DNA of 55,152 nucleotides from Candidatus Saliniplasma sp. (lineage in GTDB: Archaea > Thermoplasmatota > Thermoplasmata > Halarchaeoplasmatales > Halarchaeoplasmataceae): contig JBMCUO010000002.1 of assembly GCA_048622455.1 (NCBI GenBank), positions 1-55,152 of the forward strand, read 5' to 3'. This document shows positions 46,385-54,900 of this stretch, piece by piece. The notes beneath the pieces were generated by a model. That model ran no database searches. It was not told the DNA's origin and saw only the letters and a list, made by a program, of their open reading frames with translations. Position numbers and translations under genes: made by a program. Every line of letters begins with the position of its first letter. Positions within the stretch are counted from its first letter, which is position 1.

Positions 46385-46467
46385 CTTGTGGGTAATCTCG
46401 AAGAGATATTTAATATTATAGAAAAATATAACAAAACCATCTTGATTGACATTTTATCGGTGGTAAA

Positions 46468-47241
46468 ATGGGTAAAGATTTCGAAGATATGTTACTTTCA
46501 GTTTATCGTGAAGATCCCTGCGGGACCCTTCCCAACGCCTTCTGGAAGACACGCAGGTTGATAGACGATTTTAAAACGGACTTCAGGGAGGTCGACGGGG
46601 AGGCGCAGTTTTTAAAGATGTGGGATGATCAAAGTTTACACGTGTACTGGGACCGAGATGATGAATTCCAATTGGATGATAGGTTTGTAAAGAACGCTAA
46701 ATTCATGCTGTTACACGATAAATACCGGGAAGAGATTTCATTCGATGAGTTTTCCAACGTGAATTCTTACTTTCGGATAATCCATACCAATGATGTTCTA
46801 GAACCTGAATTACCCGATGGTTTCAGTTTTAAAGACGTTGATACTAGCGATGAATGTAAAGAGGTCTCCGATCTGATCGGTAGGTGTTATGAGGACCTGA
46901 AACCAAGTGCAGATGAGGTAGATAGTTGGACGGGACACGAAGTCTTCGACGAGAAACTCTGGGTTTGGGTCTTTGACGAAGAGAAGAAAGATCATGTTGG
47001 ACTGGGGATCGCTGAGATCGATAGAGTGGTTCCTGAAGCATCTCTAGAGTGGATACAGGTAGTCCCGGAATATTCGGGATACGGTCTCGGTAAAGCACTG
47101 GTGCACGAATTGCTTAGGCGGGTGGAAGGGAAGGTAGACTTCACCACGGTAAGCGGTGAGTATCGTGAAGGCGGTCCCATGGAATTTTACAAAAATTGTG
47201 GATTCCAAGGCAACGATATCTGGTGGGTTCTTAGGAGATGA
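46468..47241 (+). CDS. GNAT-family N-acetyltransferase with an N-terminal extension
   Basis: Acetyl-CoA motif QVVPEYSGYGLGKALVHELL. Confidence 0.65.
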   Translation: MGKDFEDMLLSVYREDPCGTLPNAFWKTRRLIDDFKTDFREVDGEAQFLKMWDDQSLHVYWDRDDEFQLDDRFVKNAKFMLLHDKYREEISFDEFSNVNSYFRIIHTNDVLEPELPDGFSFKDVDTSDECKEVSDLIGRCYEDLKPSADEVDSWTGHEVFDEKLWVWVFDEEKKDHVGLGIAEIDRVVPEASLEWIQVVPEYSGYGLGKALVHELLRRVEGKVDFTTVSGEYREGGPMEFYKNCGFQGNDIWWVLRR

Positions 47242-47328
47242 TTTCGTTCGAAAAAAAGATTTTAATAATACCACGGTGAACCGGTTTTATATTATGGTGA
47301 TATTGTGAGCGATAAAGGCCGGAAAACC

Positions 47329-47967
47329 ATGCTGATATTCGACCTCGACGGAACGCTGTTCAAGACTAGGGATGCCGTTGTACCAGCAGTTCAGGAGAGT
47401 TTGGAAGAGTTGGGGATCCCATCTGTTGGTGAGGATAAGATCATCTCTCTCTTAGGCGAATCTACGTCGATATTCTCCGAGAAGGTTATGGAAGGTCATG
47501 AGGACAAGTTGGAGGACTTCATGGACATATTTTGGTTAAGGGAAAAGGAGAACGTCGATGAACACGGTAAGCTGTTTGACGGGACCCAGGAGATGTTGGA
47601 GAAATTGAGGTCTTCGGGTTATGCTTTAGCTGTTTGCAGTAACGGCAGTCAGGAGTACGTGGATTATGTATTGCATGTGACCGGGATCTCCGACTATTTC
47701 GATCTGAAGGTCAGCAGTTCCCAGCACGACAACAAAGGGGCTGCAGTCAGGGAGATCATCCAGGAAAACAATCACTCTGATTACATCATGATCGGTGACA
47801 AGCATCACGATTTTCAAGCCGGTAAAGACAACAACATCTTGAGCATAGGCGTGAAGTATGGCTACGGGGAGCCGGAGGAGTTGAAACAGGCCGATTATCT
47901 TGTCGAGAGTCCAGAGGAGATACCCGATGTTGTTTCACGTATAGGTGAGTTATTAACAACGTTATGA
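47329..47967 (+). CDS. HAD-superfamily hydrolase (phosphatase)
   Basis: Motif I MLIFDLDGTLF, motif II VCSNG, motif IV GDKHHD. Start trimmed to the ATG before motif I. Confidence 0.8.
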   Translation: MLIFDLDGTLFKTRDAVVPAVQESLEELGIPSVGEDKIISLLGESTSIFSEKVMEGHEDKLEDFMDIFWLREKENVDEHGKLFDGTQEMLEKLRSSGYALAVCSNGSQEYVDYVLHVTGISDYFDLKVSSSQHDNKGAAVREIIQENNHSDYIMIGDKHHDFQAGKDNNILSIGVKYGYGEPEELKQADYLVESPEEIPDVVSRIGELLTTL

Positions 47968-48012
47968 ATATTATGAAGTGATGCAATAGCCTCTAAAAGG
48001 AGTTTAGAGATC

Positions 48013-48792
48013 ATGAGGAAATTCAAAGCTGCTGCAGAATAGATGGATTTGATAGGTGGAGATAAAAAGGAGAATCTTAAGAAAGCTATCGGATTGATAA
48101 AAGAAGCCGCAGGTCAAGGTGCGGAATTGGTATGTCTCCCTGAATATCTTCCGACCGGATTGGTCAGTGATAGGTTAGATGAGCTATCCGAACCTATCCC
48201 AGGTGAAAGCACTGAAATACTGGGAGAAGCCGTAGAAGAAAACGGAGTTTTTGTAGTTTTTTCCATGGCCGGGAAGTTTGATGTGGACATATACAATACT
48301 GCAGTACTTTTAGGTCCCGAAGGAGGGATAATAGGGAAGCATAGAAAGATGCATCGTTTTCTTGAGGAACAGGAATTTGTGATTCCTGGTCATGACTACA
48401 CCGTGGTTGATACAGATATGGGCAAACTTGGTTTGAAGGTATGTTACGATGCCGTTTTCCCAGAATTATCTAGGACTCTAGCTTTGCTAGGTGCCGACGT
48501 TCTTTTGGTCCCTTCGAACTGGCCGGACCCCTTCGAACCTCAATGGAATTTGGCCACTTCCGCAAGGGCCTTCGACAACCAAGTATGGCTTATCGCAGCC
48601 AACAGGATCGGAACCGGCGAAGGATACACATATTTCGGCGGCAGCTGGATTGTTGAACCTACTTGAAAAGCAGCAGTTTGTACTGATGGTGAAGAAGGTG
48701 TGACGGTTGGTACCGTTGATCCCGCTGTTACTGAAGGTTTTAAAGGGGCTATCAATTTTCTAGAAGATAGAAGAGAAGATTATACCCTGTAA
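48013..48792 (+). pseudogene. Carbon-nitrogen hydrolase (nitrilase superfamily) with two in-frame stops
   Basis: One frame reads MRKFKAAAE-TAG-MDLIGGDKKENL ... GGSWIVEPT-TGA-KAAVCTDGEEGVTVGTVD...FLEDRREDYTL*. The TAG (48040-48042) sits where the conserved Q of the AxVQM start occurs. The TGA (48664-48666) sits where the conserved G of V.P.G occurs. The E/K/C catalytic context (LPEY, HRKMH, KVCYD) is intact. Confidence 0.7.
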
Positions 48793-48864
48793 AAACTTAG
48801 GGGATCGAACAGGATGAGTTCCCTCTACCGATGCTAGAATAAATTTATGAATTTTTCTCTATCA

Positions 48865-48910
48865 AAAATAATATATATTCTAATCGTATTATACTGTTAA
48901 ATTTGGAGGA
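48865..48910 (+). promoter_or_regulatory. Candidate TATA region (AAAAATAATATATATT) and Shine-Dalgarno GGAGGA upstream of the giant gene
   Basis: A/T-rich box at 48865-48879. GGAGGA at 48905-48910, 8 nt before ATG 48919. Confidence 0.35.
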
Positions 48911-48918
48911 AAATTTAC

Positions 48919-51900
48919 ATGAAAATACGTGCATGCATGTACAAAATAATTGTAGTTTTGGTGATAGGTTTGCTGATGTTGACCGTTCTTGAAGGTACTG
49001 CTGGAAATCCTTTTAAACAGGGGCGCCAGGAGGACCAAGTGATTGATGAAGATGGTAACACCCATAAGATATATTCTCAGGGTGGGGACATCTATTATAA
49101 GAACGATATCGGAAGTAGTACCAATCTACCTTTTACCCGCTGGAACGATCCCGTACGTTTGACGGACACTCTGATGCCGGCTTTCCACCCGCGTATTGAG
49201 ATCTCGGATGGTTTTGTATACGGAACTTGGGTACAAAAACATCCCGAAGAGGACAGGTTAAACTACGCCGGAAGTTTGTTAGAAGACCCAGAAACATGGG
49301 GTTCACCTATAGATGTAGCTGAAGTACCTGAAAATCTCACCGGGTACAAGTACGAGATGGAAGTAGTGGACGGTACTGTTATGCTGTGCTGGGATGGGGA
49401 ATGTGAACTCTCGTGGAGTGCGGATATCGATGGTGATATGATCCCCGATATCGAGGATGAGAACCCGCTGGAATACGATGTCGAGAACGATCACGTTGAT
49501 TTTGAACCCGATGTCGTATCTATCGATCCCGAACTAGACGTATCGGTAGCTTTAGCTTTTGAAGATGAGGACGACGTTCTTCCCACTATCGAGGAGGTCG
49601 AAGGTGATTTTGAACACTCTATAGGGAGGTACGTTAACATCGATGTTGAAACAGATTCCGGATATAGAGGGTTGGTAAAATCGGGATACGGCTGGTCTGA
49701 AAACACTTCCGAGTACCTGCGTGTTTATCGTGAAACGGATGAGGTTTGGTCCGTGGTGACTGATTGGGAAGATGATGAGTACACGGGAGTCAACCTTGAG
49801 CGAGAGCACAGCTGGGCATTGGTCAATGAACTAGGGACTTTCACTTTAGCTCCGGCCAACGAGATAGACGGCGATATCGACGGTCTATCCGACCTGACGG
49901 AGGGAACGGAACCGGAGGATTTGACCGATACCGTTCACACTCATTCGAGTTTTACTGATTTAAATTTTGAAGATGAAGAAGTAGTTACACACCTAAATTT
50001 ATCTTTTGAAGAATACAGCATATATACCGTAACGGGGGGTTATATAGAATTGAGTGCTGTGGATCAACCCGTTGAAGATCTAGAACTGGACATTGGAGGG
50101 GACGGCAGGGTCAACTGGAGAGCCACCATGCCCTTGGAAGACAGTACTAGGGTAGGTCAGATCTGGAAACCTATCAACGTTTATATCTTCGAGAATTATA
50201 TCAATACGTGTGAAACTGATCTCGAAGTACCGTTAGTTTTCACTTCCAGCAACGACGCACCGTTCGAGATATCCTACGCGAACGTACAGGTCGAGCAGCG
50301 TATAACGTCGAATTACGAAGTTGATACCAGCGGTGACGGTCTATGGGACGGGTGGCAGGATAGGAACGCCGATATGACGTTCGACCGTGCCGGTGCGGAC
50401 GGAGTATTGGGAACTGAACATGATAATGTTCCCGGTGCCTTGGCATACGGTTTAGATCCAACCGAAGAGCACCTTATCGGTGGTCCGGGTCGTTCAGAAG
50501 TACAAACGTACCACGAAGGGATGAGTTCAGTGAATGCCGTAAGTGGTAATCTTATGCTGGGTGATAGAGACCTAGGATTCAGTTCACTCGCACACGATAT
50601 AGCTGTTGAAAGGAGTTACAACAGTCAGAGCGACCACGAAGGTGTTTTTGGACCCGGCTGGCAGATGAATCACGAACAAAGGTTGGAATTCGAAGATGAT
50701 GATCCCATATATGTAGACGAAGCCGGAACGAGGTACGAGTTCGAACATCTCGGTGACGGTACGTACGAACCCGCCGTTGATAACCCGTATTCAATGGTGG
50801 CGAATCTACCGGAGCCGCCGGAGCAACCCGGGCTTGAAGAAAATACAGTTGATTTTGATAATATCGAGGTTGATTTGATTCAAGTTCAAAATGCTGAAGA
50901 ATACGAACTCCGCCTCGAATGTCAATATCCTAAGACTGTTGACCATTACTCCTTTGTAGATATCCAGAGCGTCAGCTGGGACGGACTTGATCCTGGTACA
51001 GAGTACGAGGTATCGGCAAAATCCATTGATGAGTACGGTCAGGAGAGCAGTTGGACATATCTTACAGTAGAAACTTTGGGTAAGGATGATGGAGAAGAAG
51101 AACCTATGGACACCGATGAAAGTGTCAAAACGAATACAATTTCTAGTACAATTACTTCTTCAGAAAAAGAGTATGTTATCCGTGACACCAACGGTTTAAA
51201 GAGATACTTCAATGAAGATGGTTTGATCAAACGTAAAGAAGACCGCAACGGTAACAATATTTTCTTCAATTACCAGGGAGGTAACCTTGTAAGGATATCT
51301 GATGATACCGGGAAAGAACTGAGTTTGAGCTACACGGACGGTCGTCTTTCCTCGGTAACGGATCCGATCGGTCGAACGGTACAGTATTCTTACAATTCTG
51401 AAGGCTATTTGGTGGAATACACGGATGCCATGGATAACACTTACAGTTACACTTACGAAAACGGTCTGATCGATCGTGTTTACGAACCGGCTAGAGATGT
51501 CGTGGTTGAGGGTGAAACTAAAACTGTTAGAACATTTAAGGAGTACGAATTCGTAGAGGATCCTGTGGAGGGGATGCTTAACAATACCAATCAGGGTTAC
51601 ATAGTTGTAAACAATGAAGAGGCGACCACCTCCGTTGACGAAGAAAAGATACGAACAATATCATCTCTTGATTACGACTATGCCTCTAGTACTTCTCTTT
51701 ACGATGCCTCGGATAACGAAACTCTGGACGTATTCGATGAATCTGAAGCTGTGCGTATCAAACACGTTAATCCTGATGGTAATGAGTCACATTTCGACTA
51801 TGATGGTGAACTCAACAATAATAAAGTGATCGATAAGAAGGGTGGTGAGTGGACTACCGATCATGGCCCGCTCGGGACCACCGAGGAATTTATTACACCT

Positions 51901-54900
51901 TTGGGGGATGTCGAGTACTGGGATTGGGATATCAAGGATACTGATGAAGAGTTCATAGCAGTGATGACTGAATATATCAACGAGATGGGAGACCAATGGA
52001 TAAACGAGTTTGATGATAATTTTAACATGGTCCAATCTATCGACAGTTCAGGGTCAGTCACCGAATACGAGTATACCGATGACGGACAGATGTCTAGAAG
52101 GATCGAACCCAACGGTGCTGTGTGGGAGTACGAATATGACGGGTACGGCAATCTGATTAAAGAGATAGATCCTGAAGGTGCCGTCACGGAACACGAGTAC
52201 GATTGTGTCAACCGCAAAGTAAAAACCGTTTCACCCAACGGTGCGGTCACCGAGTACGCTTACGACGAACTTGACAGAGAGATCGAAGTTATAGATGCTT
52301 ACGGTAACACCGAGGAATCGGTTTACGACTCCACCGGTAACCTTATAGAACGTACGGATAAACTCGGCGCCACCACCACATACGAGTACGATCATTACGG
52401 ACGGTTAGTTCGTGAAACGGATGCCCTAGGTAACTCTATGGAGTACGAGTATGACGAACGGGATAACGTCATCAAAGAGACCAACCGACGCGGTTTCCCG
52501 ACGTACCGTGAGTACGACGAGATGAACAGGTTGGTGCGTGAAGAAGATAGATGGGGTAACTATGAAAGCTACGAGTACGACGAGTTCCACAACGTGGTTA
52601 AACGTACTGATAAACTCGGTAATGAATGGGTCAGTGAGTACGACGAAGTAAATAGACTAGTAGCGGAATACAATCCGTTAGGTGAGGGGACACAGTACGA
52701 ATACGACGAAGCGGGTAATATGATCAAAGAGATCGACGCCATGGGTTACGAGACAGAATATGAGTATGATAGTGAAGGCAGTTTGGTCCGTACGGTGGGT
52801 GCCGAGGGTAGTGAAGTTCTTTACGAGTACGACGAAGTCGGTAACCAGGTATCGGTGACTCAGGTAGGCGATGAAGTCAACTCCGAATGGCAGTACGAAT
52901 ACGACCTACTCGGCCGTAAAGAAAAAGAGATCACACCACTGGATGAGGAATACACGTGGGAGTACGACGAAGTCGGAGATGTTGTGAGGTACGAAACTCC
53001 TTCAGGTGATGTTACAGAATACGAGTACGACCTTTTAGGTAGGTTAACGCAAGTAGAGCTTCCCAACGCAGTCGATATAGATATTGAGTACACCCTTTTC
53101 GAGAAGGAACGAGAGGAGTACGATCACCCACCGAGGTTGACTTACCTGCATCCATACGCACCTCAGATAACAGCGCAGTCGCAGGAGTATGACCTCTTAG
53201 GCAGATTATCCCGGGAGAGTTGGCAGGTCAACGGTGACGAGTACGATATCTCGTACGTTTACGATGAAGAAGGAAATGTCATCGAGATGACGGATCAGTT
53301 GGGTAATGTGACGAGTTACACGTACGACTGCCGCAACCGGCTCCGCAGTGTGACAGACCCGGACGGTGATACCACCGAGTACAATTACGATCCCGCTAAC
53401 CGGTTGACTGAAACCATCTACCCGACTGGGACGAAGATCTTGAGAGATTACGATGATGCTAACCGTTTAACGAAGATATCTAACGTTAGGTCGGATTCGT
53501 CACTGATTTCATCTTTCGAGCACGAGTACGATGCCAACGGCAGGAGGACACTCATGCGTGAGATGAGGGATGAAGGTAAAGTTGGTGAACATTCTTCCAT
53601 GGATTTAGACAAGAACGATAACGCCCACGTAAGTTATTACGATTCCACTAGAGGCGACCTGAAATATGTTTATCTTGCTGGAGATAAACCGGTGATAGAA
53701 ACCGTTGACTATGACATAGATATAGGTGAAGTCACCTCATTGAAAGTTGATGATGACGGAGGGGTGCATATCAGTTATCATGATTCCTCCCAGGGCACAT
53801 TGAAATATGCCACCCGGACATCTGATGGATGGGTTACCGAGACCGTCGATGAAGGTGATGTCGGTGAATACTCTTCAATAGATATCGACGGTAGTGGCGT
53901 GGTACACATAAGTTATTACGATTCTAACGATGGTGTTCTAAAATATGCCAGGTCGACCAACGACGGTTGGAGTACCGAAGTTGTAGATGACGGTGATGAC
54001 GTGGGTATGTATTCTTCTATTGCAGTGAGTGAAGAAGGAACGGCTCACATAAGTTATCATGATGTTTCCAATAAAAATCTAAAATATGCTGAGTATAACG
54101 GTGGGGGATGGTCCATCGTGACCGTTGATGATAGCATAGTTGAATTTGATACATCAATCGCACTAGATCAGGATGGTCACCCCCGTATTAGCTATGTCCA
54201 ATTGAGGCCTGAGGAGGATGATACGGTAATTCAGTCTGATTTAGAATTGAGCCTTAGATACGCAGCCTACACCGGAGACGACTGGATCATCGAAACGGTT
54301 GACGAAGGCGATGTGGGTAAATTCTCGTCGATAGCAGTCGATGCAGACGATAATACACACATAAGTTATTACGATTCCAGCAATAGTGATCTAAAGTACG
54401 CTGAAAATATTGATGGTTACTGGAACTTGGAAACCGTCGATAGTGACGGAGATGTGGGCAAATACTCCTCGTTATCAATTGATGGCCAGGGTGACGTACA
54501 TATAAGTTACTACGACGCATCCGACTCGAACTTAAACCTCGTGAAAGGGACTGGTGCTGATTGGAGTACCGAATCGGTGATCAGGGGTTCTAGTATGTTC
54601 GAAACCCACTACGAGTACGACGGCGAAGATCGTCTGACATATGTCGATTACCCGGGTGAAACGTCCGTAGGTTACGGATACGACCGAAGGAGTAATATAA
54701 ACAAAAGGACATATTATGAAGGCAACGAGGTGGAAAACGAAGTGACGAGCGAGTATGATGAAGGGAACCGTTTAGTCAACATGGATGGAGTTGAGTACGA
54801 GTACGACGAAGAGGGCAACCAGCTGGGAGTCGATTCTGAAGGAGATTCGTCATTCATGTCAACGTACCTAAGTGGTGAGAAGTTGAACTACCGTATGGAA

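Noticed and set aside
48664-48666. In-frame TGA in the nitrilase gene as a selenocysteine codon
   Set aside because: The aligned position is a conserved glycine, not a redox cysteine. No obvious SECIS-like hairpin follows, and the gene also carries an in-frame TAG.
48798-48836. tRNA-like fragment on the minus strand (GCATCGGTAGAGGGAACTCATCCTGTTCGATCCCC), a possible att remnant between the nitrilase pseudogene and the RHS gene
   Set aside because: I could not fold it into a cloverleaf. The T-stem and acceptor pairings fail and the anticodon stem is only 4 bp. It is only worth rechecking with a tRNA or att scanner. No complete tRNA or rRNA was seen in the window.
51166-54579. Periodic DNA repeats (GAGTACGAGTACGAC...; about 141-nt units) that could be mistaken for a CRISPR or tandem-repeat array
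   Set aside because: The periodicity is at the protein level (YD repeats, propeller blades). The DNA copies are divergent, are in one open frame, and have no repeat-spacer structure. No CRISPR array was seen anywhere in the window.
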